Shown piece after piece: positions 9,636 through 18,990 of a stretch of 64,000 nt of DNA (position 1 is its first letter; the number at the start of each line of letters is the position of its first letter). The stretch lies in the IMG/VR virus record IMGVR_UViG_3300030012_002072, positions 11,570 to 75,569 of that record. One strand, written 5' to 3'. The notes under the pieces are model-generated. The model had not been told where the DNA came from, did not search any database, and saw only the letters and a list, made by a program, of their open reading frames with translations. The DNA comes from a virus. The position numbers and the translations under genes were made by a program.

Positions 9636-10138
9636 GCTACGAAGTCTTCTCCTGGTTGCCATTCGCAACCTGTTAGTCCACCTGCTTTGAGTGCCTGTAA
9701 AGTTCTAAGAACTTCACTTGCATTTCTGCCTGTGTCTAGTGCATTAACTGATACATGTTGAACAATGTTATCCATATCAACTATGTAAGTTGCTCTGTAA
9801 CAAACTCCCTCATTCTCATTAACTATCTCTAGTTCTTCAGATAAAGAAAGTCCGCAATCAGCTGCAAGAGTATGGTTGATGTTTTGGATAATATCATTAC
9901 TTTGTTTCCAAGCAAGTTTACAAAATTCATTGTCTCCGCTGAATCCACAAACATCTGCTTCAGATACTAACATATCCATTCCTGCGATTTCTGTTGGGCA
10001 GATAAAAGTAAAATCTTTTGGGTAGAAGTAAAATACTTTCCACTTTCTAAAATCATCTCTTGATACTGTGCCCATATTATTATCACAGTCTACACCTTGC
10101 AATTCAAAGTAAGGAAACTCTTCTCCTACTCCAATCAT
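9632..10138 (-). CDS. ahpC: peroxiredoxin (AhpC/TSA)
   Basis: FYPKDFTFICPTE, GRNASEVLRTL, C-terminal CEW. Confidence 0.92.
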   Translation of the reverse strand: MIGVGEEFPYFELQGVDCDNNMGTVSRDDFRKWKVFYFYPKDFTFICPTEIAGMDMLVSEADVCGFSGDNEFCKLAWKQSNDIIQNINHTLAADCGLSLSEELEIVNENEGVCYRATYIVDMDNIVQHVSVNALDTGRNASEVLRTLQALKAGGLTGCEWQPGEDFVA

Positions 10139-10767
10139 GATACATCAAACTCCTCTGAAACTTCCTCAGAAGGTTCATCGCCTTGATTGTTAATTCTTCT
10201 CAATAACTCTAGCTGTGCGTCAGCTGTTGGTCTTGGAAGAACATCATCCATAGACTTTAGATTTGCAACTAAGTCTTTTTCCCAATCTTCAAGTTCTCTT
10301 GGTTTGCACTTAAGAACTTGTAATTGATATTCGACATTAAACACCTGTGGGCCAGTCTTCTTTCTTTTGAAATGGATGTCATATCCTGTGACTGGGTCAG
10401 TTGGGTCTCCCAACTCTTCCATGGCGACTATAACTTGGTCGAATAATTTTCTTTTTAGATTAAGAACTTTTACAGATTTATCAGCGTAGTCTATGCACTG
10501 AACGGCATAAGACCATCCGCATTTTAAGTCTGGGTAAAAGTCTCGAACATGGTCATGTTCTTTGTTGTTAAAGGTTTCAGAATTTCTGTCAAAAGACAAA
10601 CACTCCATAGGAATGTTTTTATTATTCTCACCTTTTATCCAATACACATATCTAGGTAATAAATCACCAACAAGTCTTACATGATGGTCTTCTTTACCTG
10701 CATAGTTATAAGTATCGATTTTATCTTTTTGGGCTGAGCCCTTGGTTTGGTTGAATCCAATTGCCAT
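10135..10767 (-). CDS. D11: T5 D11-like putative ssDNA-binding protein
   Basis: RLVGDLLPRYVYW, DPTDPVTGYD, acidic tail; synteny. Confidence 0.85.
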   Translation of the reverse strand: MAIGFNQTKGSAQKDKIDTYNYAGKEDHHVRLVGDLLPRYVYWIKGENNKNIPMECLSFDRNSETFNNKEHDHVRDFYPDLKCGWSYAVQCIDYADKSVKVLNLKRKLFDQVIVAMEELGDPTDPVTGYDIHFKRKKTGPQVFNVEYQLQVLKCKPRELEDWEKDLVANLKSMDDVLPRPTADAQLELLRRINNQGDEPSEEVSEEFDVS

Positions 10768-10769
10768 TT

Positions 10770-11165
10770 TTATTTCTCCTGTTGTGTCTCCTCGAACATA
10801 AAGTGAATCCGACCTTCCTTAATATCGAGCAGTCTGTTTGCTTTTATTATGTCTATCGAAATTGGACATTCCAATAGGTCTAATGTGGTGTCTTTACTAT
10901 TAACATAGTTGTGATAATTACGAAATGATGCGACACCTGCATATTCCGCAACTTCCTTATCACTATATGACCGACCAATTTCCATCAAATCTTTCGGATT
11001 CTTCAGATATGATTTCCCACCAAAACGATACTTATAAAATTTAAAAGTCTTATCGTAATAGTTTTTCGGTTGGATTTTGTATGTAATAATTCTAAGGATT
11101 GTGATTATATCACCAACATTCCCTTTGCTTATTTTTACAATTTTATCCCAGTTATATAGTAACAT
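10770..11165 (-). CDS. conserved T5-like hypothetical protein
   Basis: Position between D10 and D11 as in T5-like phages. Confidence 0.7.
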   Translation of the reverse strand: MLLYNWDKIVKISKGNVGDIITILRIITYKIQPKNYYDKTFKFYKYRFGGKSYLKNPKDLMEIGRSYSDKEVAEYAGVASFRNYHNYVNSKDTTLDLLECPISIDIIKANRLLDIKEGRIHFMFEETQQEK

Positions 11166-11167
11166 AT

Positions 11168-11206
11168 ATTATATCAAATATTTGAGTTCGTGTCAAGAAC
11201 TATTTT
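11168..11206 (-). promoter_or_regulatory. sigma70-type promoter with AAAATAGTTC upstream element
   Basis: TTGACA (11191-11196), 17 nt, TATAAT (11168-11173). Confidence 0.85.
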
Positions 11207-12096
11207 TCTGAGCTATCATCTTCACTCTTCTTTTGGATTTTTTCTGCGTGGGCAGGGTCAATCGTAGCATGAACACCCATGAACGCCATGTCAATCATCT
11301 TACCTTCAAAAGTGTAACCACCAGAGTGTAAGAGTTCAATCATAGGTAATGCCCATATGTCAATACCTATCTTCCTACAGTATTCTGAGAACATGTAATC
11401 CTCACTTAAATATCTGTTTTGGTCGTTTATTATACAATCAAAGAAAGCATGAATCGTTTCTCCTGCTTTAAACTCTCCTTCTCTAACATGGTCAGGAGTA
11501 TATTCTAGTTCAGGATATGCTTCTGCATATTCTTCAAACACTTTTCTTTCAATCATCATAAACCCTGTTGCTCCCTCTTTGATTTTTACTGGTTCAAATA
11601 TAGGTGCTTGACCATCTGGGTATGCTTCAGGTAATGGATTGAATACCATATCTCCTGCAACCTTAGATAGTAAAGTCGGGTCATTTTCTATGTGTTCATG
11701 TCCTTGTTTTGCAACATGAAGCACTTTTTCCCAAGCGATTGTTTTCTTTGGGTATAGTCCACACATTATTCTTATGTCATCTCTTTCAGCAACATTGTGC
11801 ATCATAAACATCAAATCCATAGCTTTCCAAGCTATATCACTATCAATAAACATCAAGTGAGTAGCGTCAGATTTGAGAAAGTTTGCAACACAATAGTTTC
11901 TTGCTCTAGTAATCAAAGATTCATTAAACAAATAATAAATTTGTGACTGAATACCATGATTCATTAGCACTGCTGTAGTATCCATAAGGGACTTGGTGTA
12001 TAAACCGTGACACATACCACCATACATAGGTGTAGCTATAAATAACTTCATCTTTTGCATTTCAGGTATATTTAGTTGTATTTGTTTACTTTTCAT
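11200..12096 (-). CDS. GT-A fold glycosyltransferase-like protein
   Basis: IATPMYGG, NESLITRARN, FIDSDI, ATGFM, YLSEDY. Confidence 0.75.
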   Translation of the reverse strand: MKSKQIQLNIPEMQKMKLFIATPMYGGMCHGLYTKSLMDTTAVLMNHGIQSQIYYLFNESLITRARNYCVANFLKSDATHLMFIDSDIAWKAMDLMFMMHNVAERDDIRIMCGLYPKKTIAWEKVLHVAKQGHEHIENDPTLLSKVAGDMVFNPLPEAYPDGQAPIFEPVKIKEGATGFMMIERKVFEEYAEAYPELEYTPDHVREGEFKAGETIHAFFDCIINDQNRYLSEDYMFSEYCRKIGIDIWALPMIELLHSGGYTFEGKMIDMAFMGVHATIDPAHAEKIQKKSEDDSSEK

Positions 12097-13376
12097 TATA
12101 GTATATTTACCTCGTATCCTTGTTTCATGTAGTAGCCCATTCTAGCACTTGCTTGTCGGGCTGCTGTTTTACCTTTCAGATGTATGTCTACAACTACTGG
12201 TTGTTTCTTTCCATCTACCTTTCTTATTATTCTACCAATTAACTGTGTAAGCAATGGGTCATTGTTTACAGGTGTGCCTAATACTAGACAACTTAGTTCA
12301 TTGATAGAAATACCTTCCGAGAATATAGACTGTGTTCCAAATAAAATCTTTTTCTCATTTTTTATTTTTTGCATAGTTCTTTCTCTTTCAGCAAAATCCA
12401 TATCCCCTGTTATAGAAACTGCACTATCTCCTACTAGAGCAGCGCAACTTTTTAAAAACTTTACTCGGTCTGATACAACAAGAACTTTATGTCCTTCTGC
12501 AGCATAACGAGCAGCGGTCATTGCTACCCCATGCACATACTCTGCATCCATCGTTAAGTGATTTATGCGTTCTGCCCAAGGAGTATAACTACCATCCAAG
12601 AATCTAATCTCTGACTTGAGAATGTCTACTTTTGGAGTAAGGTAGTTTTCTTTTGGCGGCTTCATTACATTGTTACCAAAATAATCTCTGAAAACAACAT
12701 GTCTTCCGTCTTTTCTTTCAAGAGTTCCAGTAAGTCCTATCTTATAACGGGTCGGCATTTCATCCACAATCCTGGTAAAGGTTGGACTGCTGACATGGTG
12801 CATCTCGTCAAGTATAAGAGTCCCGAACTCCTTTTTTATATCGTCCATACGACGGTATAAAGTCTGAATATTCCCGCAGACGATAGGAGCATCAATATTG
12901 AACATTCCGCTACCTACTCTCCCTGCTGTATATCCAAAGCATTTTTTCACCTCTTTTTCCCACTGATTTCGTAGGTTAGTCGTGTGAGTAACTACAAGTG
13001 TCTTTTGACCAAGCTTCGCTGCGATAGCTAAACCTGTAAAAGTCTTTCCCCAACTTACCCAAGCGTTAATTATAGCGTTGTCCTGCACTTCGTCATAGAC
13101 AATCTTTTGGCTTGGTCGTAAATCAAACTTAAAGTCAGGATGTTCAATTTCATTTACCACTCGTTTATCTACTATCTCGTAGTCTGATGGGATTAAATCT
13201 TCTCTACCCATTGGTATGGAAACTAAACCTTCTCTAACAAATCTAAATGTTTTAAACACGATAGGAGGGTCACTCGGTATTCGTGGAGCAATAGTATAAG
13301 TCAGTTCTCTTTCCAATTGATTAGTTTGTTCTTTATTAACGGAAAGATATATTCTATTACTTAGTACTGCTTTCAT
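12096..13376 (-). CDS. D10: superfamily 2 helicase (T5 D10)
   Basis: LRPSQ, SWGKT, DEMH, TGT, QLIGRIIR. Confidence 0.93.
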   Translation of the reverse strand: MKAVLSNRIYLSVNKEQTNQLERELTYTIAPRIPSDPPIVFKTFRFVREGLVSIPMGREDLIPSDYEIVDKRVVNEIEHPDFKFDLRPSQKIVYDEVQDNAIINAWVSWGKTFTGLAIAAKLGQKTLVVTHTTNLRNQWEKEVKKCFGYTAGRVGSGMFNIDAPIVCGNIQTLYRRMDDIKKEFGTLILDEMHHVSSPTFTRIVDEMPTRYKIGLTGTLERKDGRHVVFRDYFGNNVMKPPKENYLTPKVDILKSEIRFLDGSYTPWAERINHLTMDAEYVHGVAMTAARYAAEGHKVLVVSDRVKFLKSCAALVGDSAVSITGDMDFAERERTMQKIKNEKKILFGTQSIFSEGISINELSCLVLGTPVNNDPLLTQLIGRIIRKVDGKKQPVVVDIHLKGKTAARQASARMGYYMKQGYEVNIL

Positions 13377-13758
13377 TTATTTTATTTCTTAGATTCGTAC
13401 TTGAAAAAGAATGGTTTCTACTTGTATAGTAGATTTCATGTAATCCTTTCCCAGTAAAATGTTTTTCTGACCAATCCTCTCCTACAAATCGTATATGGAT
13501 TGGTGTTGCCTCTAGTAAATCTAGTAGACTTTGTTCTGTGTCGTAAGGTATGATTTCATCTATATACTTTACTGCTTGTAACTGCATATATCTTTCATAT
13601 ACAGTTTGAATTGGTTGATTCTTTTCTTGTCTATCAATGCTTGGGTCTGTTTGTAATCCTACTATTAAGTAGTCGCACTCACTCTTTGCCTCTTTTAGCA
13701 TTACAATATGTCCTGCATGGAGTAAATCAAATGCTCCACAAGTAAAACCTATCCTCAT
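13357..13758 (-). CDS. cytidylyltransferase (TagD/RfaE-like)
   Basis: GAFDLLHAGH, ERY..L, SST motifs. Confidence 0.88.
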   Translation of the reverse strand: MRIGFTCGAFDLLHAGHIVMLKEAKSECDYLIVGLQTDPSIDRQEKNQPIQTVYERYMQLQAVKYIDEIIPYDTEQSLLDLLEATPIHIRFVGEDWSEKHFTGKGLHEIYYTSRNHSFSSTNLRNKINESSTK

Positions 13759-15263
13759 GTTAGTTCTTTCATGTACTGCCAATCTCTATTCCTCCATTCT
13801 ATTGCTAAAGTTTTATGGTTGTTATCCCACGGACTACTCCAACCAGTTTTTCTTTTTCTGTCTTTTATGTGGTCAGGAATCATATCGCCCATTACTTCTC
13901 TTAGTAAGTATTTATATGTGCCTGTATCCCAACCAAACTTTTGTGTAAATTTTGTCATACCATCAAACTCATAACAGTAACGCACAAAGTTTTGACCTAA
14001 ATATACAGGTCTACTTTCCATGCCGAACATACCACAAGTTTGGTCTGTTGCTAGTATATTTTGCTCTGAAGTTATCAATAAATCTGATAATAACATATTG
14101 TTCCATTTATCTGTATCTGACCACTCTATATTTGGCCACCAGTTCCAAGTTTTATACCATTCTAACTTTTCTTCACAATAGTTTTCTATCCAAAACTTAT
14201 GGTGGTGCATATATCCTGAAAATAGTTCATCTGCGCTATCTCCTGTAAGTATCACTTTACAACCATCTTTTGCTGCTTGTTCGCATAAAAAGTATCTTGG
14301 TACTCGTCTATTTCTATCTGACCAAGGAAATCTAGCATTATTTAGCCATCTTCTATCATAATCATAAATTTTATCTTGTTGTAATACTACTATTTTATGT
14401 TTTACACCCCATTGTTTACAGGTTTCTGCAGCTAATCTAGCTTCGTGTCTAAAAGTATTATGATTATGATACAGTCCACTACTATTATCATATGCACAGA
14501 TATAAACAGTTAAATCTAAATCCATGTCTTTTACTACTGAAAGAGCAAATGTACTGTCAAAACCTCCGCTTAGAAATAATCCTGTCTTTTGTCTACTAGT
14601 CGCTATCTTTTGTATATTAGCTATTAGTCTTGCCCTAAAATCTGCTTTACTAAAAGGATTACTTCTTACTTTAAAACTGTTCCAGAGATTCTTATATATA
14701 ATTTTGTTTTTATTAAAATCAAATATTACATACTCTCCTGGAGCAACTTTTACTACATCTTTATAAGGACTTTCATTACCCTGTAGTAAAGCATTAACAA
14801 TAAATCCTTTCTTATTTGCACGATTCTCTTTCATATCGCTTAAACTTCTCAAACTTGTTGTTACTGTTACATGCTTACCTTTTTTATGTATCCACAAAGG
14901 TTTTGCTCCAAAATGGTCTCTACATACAATTAGTTTATTCTTCTCAGGTTGATACCATGCTAAACTACCATGCCAATCATTCCATTCTAGAAACTTGAAT
15001 CCATAGTGTTCTAAGCCATCTGCTAAGTATTTTGTATCATTCTGTATGTTTGTATCATACATTTCTCCATTAAATACTAAATAATTATTCTTTTTTGTTT
15101 TATACGGTTGTAATTGTTTCTTGCCACTAATATCTAGCAAACCGTGTGCCATAGCTATCTTATCATTTTTCCACATAGCCATACCATCAGGCGCACGAAA
15201 TCTTTGTCGCTCCATCATTTTGCCACAATTTTCAATGTCAGTTGTAACTACAAATCCGCACAT
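13755..15263 (-). CDS. asparagine synthetase B-like glutamine amidotransferase
   Basis: N-terminal MCG, FNGE, RDHFGAKPL, LSGGFDS, GDSADELFSGY. Confidence 0.88.
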   Translation of the reverse strand: MCGFVVTTDIENCGKMMERQRFRAPDGMAMWKNDKIAMAHGLLDISGKKQLQPYKTKKNNYLVFNGEMYDTNIQNDTKYLADGLEHYGFKFLEWNDWHGSLAWYQPEKNKLIVCRDHFGAKPLWIHKKGKHVTVTTSLRSLSDMKENRANKKGFIVNALLQGNESPYKDVVKVAPGEYVIFDFNKNKIIYKNLWNSFKVRSNPFSKADFRARLIANIQKIATSRQKTGLFLSGGFDSTFALSVVKDMDLDLTVYICAYDNSSGLYHNHNTFRHEARLAAETCKQWGVKHKIVVLQQDKIYDYDRRWLNNARFPWSDRNRRVPRYFLCEQAAKDGCKVILTGDSADELFSGYMHHHKFWIENYCEEKLEWYKTWNWWPNIEWSDTDKWNNMLLSDLLITSEQNILATDQTCGMFGMESRPVYLGQNFVRYCYEFDGMTKFTQKFGWDTGTYKYLLREVMGDMIPDHIKDRKRKTGWSSPWDNNHKTLAIEWRNRDWQYMKELT

Positions 15264-15505
15264 TATTCTACTACTTTAAATTCTAGTATTGTATCAACTT
15301 GTAAATCTTCCCACTTCTGAAACTCCACATCATAACATATAAGTTTATCTCCGTTTTGTTTTTTAATATGTTTTGGAATACTCATGTATTTCTCACATAA
15401 AGTATACTCTCTATCATACACTCTCCTAGATTTGAGACTTTCAAATTTAATTAATACTATATTTGTTTCTAACTTTTGTTTAAGTTTTTCGATATCCATA
15501 TCCAT
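15263..15505 (-). CDS. hypothetical protein (WYL/SH3-like barrel)
   Basis: REYTL ... YDVEFQKW pattern. Confidence 0.55.
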   Translation of the reverse strand: MDMDIEKLKQKLETNIVLIKFESLKSRRVYDREYTLCEKYMSIPKHIKKQNGDKLICYDVEFQKWEDLQVDTILEFKVVE

Positions 15506-15675
15506 GCCTTTTCATGACCCATATATGCAAACAATTTTGCTACCATATCTAGCCATGCTATGCCTGCGGCATACTCTACTTTACCAAGTATTGCCCAAGC
15601 GATTAAAAATGTTATTGTTGTTGCAATAAATCTCCAAGTTATTGCTTTGTAAATTATTGTAAAGTTTTCTGTCAC
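15469..15675 (-). CDS. DUF2061-like small membrane protein
   Basis: KAITWR.IAT..T ... K...Y..HEKAW; this family often lies near cysC. Confidence 0.75.
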   Translation of the reverse strand: MTENFTIIYKAITWRFIATTITFLIAWAILGKVEYAAGIAWLDMVAKLFAYMGHEKAWIWISKNLNKS

Positions 15676-15926
15676 CTTCTTTTTTTCATCCTTTTCTTCA
15701 TTTTCTTTTCTCTTGCTACCCTTTTATTCTCTACTATATCTAAGTCAACTAATCCTGCCTCACATAACAGATTCATCATGGCGAGTACATCTCCAACTTC
15801 TTCTGATAAAAGTTTTCTATCTCTTTTCTTATTTCGATGTCTATATACTTTAGAGCATGCTTGTACTAACTCGCCGCACTCTTCCATAGTGACTATTAAT
15901 AAAAACGGACTTATATTTTTCGCCAT
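15672..15926 (-). CDS. MazG-like nucleotide pyrophosphohydrolase
   Basis: EECGELVQACSK, EEVGDV. Confidence 0.8.
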   Translation of the reverse strand: MAKNISPFLLIVTMEECGELVQACSKVYRHRNKKRDRKLLSEEVGDVLAMMNLLCEAGLVDLDIVENKRVAREKKMKKRMKKRR

Positions 15927-16381
15927 GTATCTTTTTTCTTTTCTTCACAGTATTCCCATATTTTCCAAGGAATACCTTTTTGATATAATACACCTGCCCA
16001 AGTGTTGCCTTCTGCTGGAGGTCTAGCCTCTACAAAAGGAAATGGCACATCTTTTAGCCATACAACTGCGGCAACTTCTTTCTTTTCTACTTTCCTTATC
16101 TTATGATATTTTAAAGGTGTAGTCTTTGTTTTTTCATCATACCAATATATACCATTGGTATCTATAAAATGTTTTCCCCTGTGTTTCATCATACCCACTT
16201 CATCATCTACTTGATATCTGAGAGGGTATATACTTTTCATTGGTGTTTGTAATCTTCTCATTCCAATAGTTTTTCCTGTCATATTCCTATCATCTACTAC
16301 TTGGTCACCTATTAACACCAAGCCATCTATTTCTTCTGGCTCTTCTGATAGTACATATATTGGAAACTCAATCTTTTTCAT
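15911..16381 (-). CDS. conserved T5-like hypothetical protein
   Basis: FPIYVL, DDRN..G.T.G.RRL; position between pol and D10. Confidence 0.7.
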   Translation of the reverse strand: MKKIEFPIYVLSEEPEEIDGLVLIGDQVVDDRNMTGKTIGMRRLQTPMKSIYPLRYQVDDEVGMMKHRGKHFIDTNGIYWYDEKTKTTPLKYHKIRKVEKKEVAAVVWLKDVPFPFVEARPPAEGNTWAGVLYQKGIPWKIWEYCEEKKKDTWRKI

Positions 16382-16856
16382 AACCCATAAACTTTTTAGC
16401 AAAATTACCTGCTAGTTCTTCGTAAGAAGTATCAAAACAAGATAATTTAAATAATACTCTTTCTGATTCTATCCCTGTAACTCTATGTTCTTTAGTTGTA
16501 TCTACTATCGCAGTATCATAATAATATGATTTATCTCTAAACTCTAACTTATCTTTGCCATGTAATTTCCACATGACTGCTGATTTTGTTCCCTTATCAG
16601 TATGCCAGTCTAACTTAGTAAAAGGTTGTAAGAATATAAACTTAAAATTATATCTTCCTCTTGGATTAAATATATTTCTAACTTCATTAAGCACTTCATC
16701 TTCCCAAGGTGCATAGTGATATCCTTCTACTAATTGTTTTTTGTAGTAAAATAACTTTCTTGGTAAAGTATAAGCTACTTTTTCAAGATATTCATAGTCT
16801 AAATCATACTTAATATGTAATAGATTATTTGGAATCTTCTCTAATCTTCGTGGCAC
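16368..16856 (-). CDS. putative 2OG-Fe(II) oxygenase-like protein
   Basis: WHTD (HxD), EHRV, RVLFKLS. Confidence 0.55.
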   Translation of the reverse strand: MPRRLEKIPNNLLHIKYDLDYEYLEKVAYTLPRKLFYYKKQLVEGYHYAPWEDEVLNEVRNIFNPRGRYNFKFIFLQPFTKLDWHTDKGTKSAVMWKLHGKDKLEFRDKSYYYDTAIVDTTKEHRVTGIESERVLFKLSCFDTSYEELAGNFAKKFMGYEKD

Positions 16857-17586
16857 TGATATCCTCTATTTCTTTGTCAAAATGTTCTTGTTCTATCGTA
16901 TATCCAACTTTTCTACCATATGTAATATTTACTATATTTGGCACTATAGATATAGATACTATACCAGCTAAATGTGCTAGTTTGTTTTTTAAATTGTTTT
17001 CAACTTCATGCACACTAAAGGGATTATTGTCACCCCAGGGCATTGTTCTTATCATAATGTCTACTTGTGGAGCTTTCTCTAAACACCTATCTAGTAACGC
17101 TTGGTGTCCGTCATGCCATGGTTGCCATCTACCTAGCATTTGTACTGTAGGCATATCATCTTGCCATATATGTCTACCTATGCTCCAACATACATCAACA
17201 GGGTCATCATCATCCCACTCATGTATATCGAAATCATACTCACTCCAATGAGGCCATTCAAATACTTTGTTAGTATCTTCATACTTACTATTTACTACTG
17301 TAGACATAAAAATAGTCAGGTCAGCATCAAACTGCTCTCTACCTGACTTGTATGGGCAGATAAAATCTACCAAAGCAATTTTACCGTTATTTTCGGCTTC
17401 CTCTGCTTTATTTACCATTCTTCTATACTGTCTCCAACGACCTTGTTCTGAGAAATCCCAGTCGTCAGCTTCTTTTCTTACTTCATCCGCGTTGATATGG
17501 GCTACTCTATCTCCCATTATCTTAACTATGTTTTTACATAGTGTAGTTTTGCCAGCTCCAGACTGACCAAATATTAAAACTTTCAC
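16825..17586 (-). CDS. cysC: adenylylsulfate kinase fused to an HxGH nucleotidyltransferase-like domain
   Basis: GQSGAGKT, NADEVR, DWDFS..GR, DFICP; then MLGRWQPWHDGH and ISATKIR. Confidence 0.82.
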   Translation of the reverse strand: MKVLIFGQSGAGKTTLCKNIVKIMGDRVAHINADEVRKEADDWDFSEQGRWRQYRRMVNKAEEAENNGKIALVDFICPYKSGREQFDADLTIFMSTVVNSKYEDTNKVFEWPHWSEYDFDIHEWDDDDPVDVCWSIGRHIWQDDMPTVQMLGRWQPWHDGHQALLDRCLEKAPQVDIMIRTMPWGDNNPFSVHEVENNLKNKLAHLAGIVSISIVPNIVNITYGRKVGYTIEQEHFDKEIEDISATKIREDSK

Positions 17587-18323
17587 TTTAATAAATCCTC
17601 GTAATTCTTTCCTATTTTTACTTTTAACATAGCTCTTTCTGCTATGTGTACTGCTGACCTATACTCAACACACTTCTTACACACTTTACATGGCACCCAT
17701 CTTTTATCTTCTTTTACTTGACTAGGGTTCATGCAAGTCCATGCATAATCTACAAGAGTAGGATGTTGTCTTTTTATAAAAGAATATATCTCCGACTTTG
17801 TATTATGCTCAAATGGAAATAACATAAGTGGTGTTCTTAGTTTCTTTTCCCAAGATAATCCATGTATTTCCCACTCGGTATTTCTAATCATTTCTATACT
17901 TCTTTGGACATTCTTTAACATTCCTCTTTGTTGTCCACTATCTTCTGTATTTGTTCCAAATATTACTGCATTTATAGCCCATTGAGGATTGCCTGCAATT
18001 ATTTTTGCTACATTATCTACACAAATAAATCCTGGTGGTATATTAATATACTTCATAGGTATAGTTTCAGTACTTAATATAAAAGGAACTTTAAAATGGT
18101 CTGCACTCTTTCTAGCTGCAAGAACTAAATTATGAGTTCCTGGTACATCTGCCACTACATAAGTCCATACTATAGGTTTTCTACCTGTATCTATAGCCCA
18201 TGCTAAAGCTGCCATGCTTTCTATCCCACCACCATGTGGAATAACACAATCTACACCATCAAAAGTGGCTTCTCCTTCTTTACTGTTTCTATCTTTGAAA
18301 TCTATGTAAGTCTTAGGCTCCAT
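17583..18323 (-). CDS. QueC-like PP-loop ATPase (divergent)
   Basis: HGGGIES PP-loop variant, PF...TKSEI, WTC, CKVCKKC. Confidence 0.7.
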   Translation of the reverse strand: MEPKTYIDFKDRNSKEGEATFDGVDCVIPHGGGIESMAALAWAIDTGRKPIVWTYVVADVPGTHNLVLAARKSADHFKVPFILSTETIPMKYINIPPGFICVDNVAKIIAGNPQWAINAVIFGTNTEDSGQQRGMLKNVQRSIEMIRNTEWEIHGLSWEKKLRTPLMLFPFEHNTKSEIYSFIKRQHPTLVDYAWTCMNPSQVKEDKRWVPCKVCKKCVEYRSAVHIAERAMLKVKIGKNYEDLLK

Positions 18324-18990
18324 AGTAAAATTCCTCAAAATCTCTCTTGTAATAATCGTATATTAACTTTCTATTCTCGTCTGTCCACTCATGAGTAGGT
18401 TGAAACTTATTTTTACTAACATTCCATTTATCGTTTTCAAATCCCTCTAGTCCTATTTCTTTAAATATGGTAAGATTCTCTAGTTTATGTATTTCTACCT
18501 CAGGTAATCTTACAAAAGTCCATTGAGGTTTCATAACAATACTAGGGTCAAAAGAAGGCTTCATAATATGTAATTCATATAGCGCATCCATATCATCTAT
18601 ACAATTATGCCATTTGCCCTCTCTCATGCTTTCTATGGCACGAGGCACCCAATCTTTGAAGGGTGTCTTTACTAAAACAAGGTCAGATAGATGACTCCAT
18701 GCACTACGAAAACGAGTATATGGATGTCTAACTTGTGCAACAAATTTCCAATCATTACCATACTGTAAAGCATACTGGTCATATGTAGCATGTAAGTTTG
18801 TCACATACATATAATGTTTACTATGACTTCTATATCCTCTTATACAAGCAGTAGCAAACCCTTGACTCCAAGTTTGACTTGCAAATTTATATTCTGATAC
18901 ACCATGTTGTCTTGCATATTGATTGACAATAGATGTACCTCCACATTTTGGTATGTGAATAAATACTGTTTTATGTTTATGCAATATCAT
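18313..18990 (-). CDS. sulfotransferase (Sulfotransfer_2-like)
   Basis: FIHIPKCGGTS (5'-PSB), VRHPYTRFRSAW (3'-PB), YKRDFEEF.Y. Confidence 0.85.
   Translation of the reverse strand: MILHKHKTVFIHIPKCGGTSIVNQYARQHGVSEYKFASQTWSQGFATACIRGYRSHSKHYMYVTNLHATYDQYALQYGNDWKFVAQVRHPYTRFRSAWSHLSDLVLVKTPFKDWVPRAIESMREGKWHNCIDDMDALYELHIMKPSFDPSIVMKPQWTFVRLPEVEIHKLENLTIFKEIGLEGFENDKWNVSKNKFQPTHEWTDENRKLIYDYYKRDFEEFYYGA

Noticed and set aside
11163-11173. Leaderless start for the 10770-11165 gene
   Set aside because: The ATG is only 2 nt from the -10 hexamer, upstream of the expected TSS, so it was not counted as leaderless
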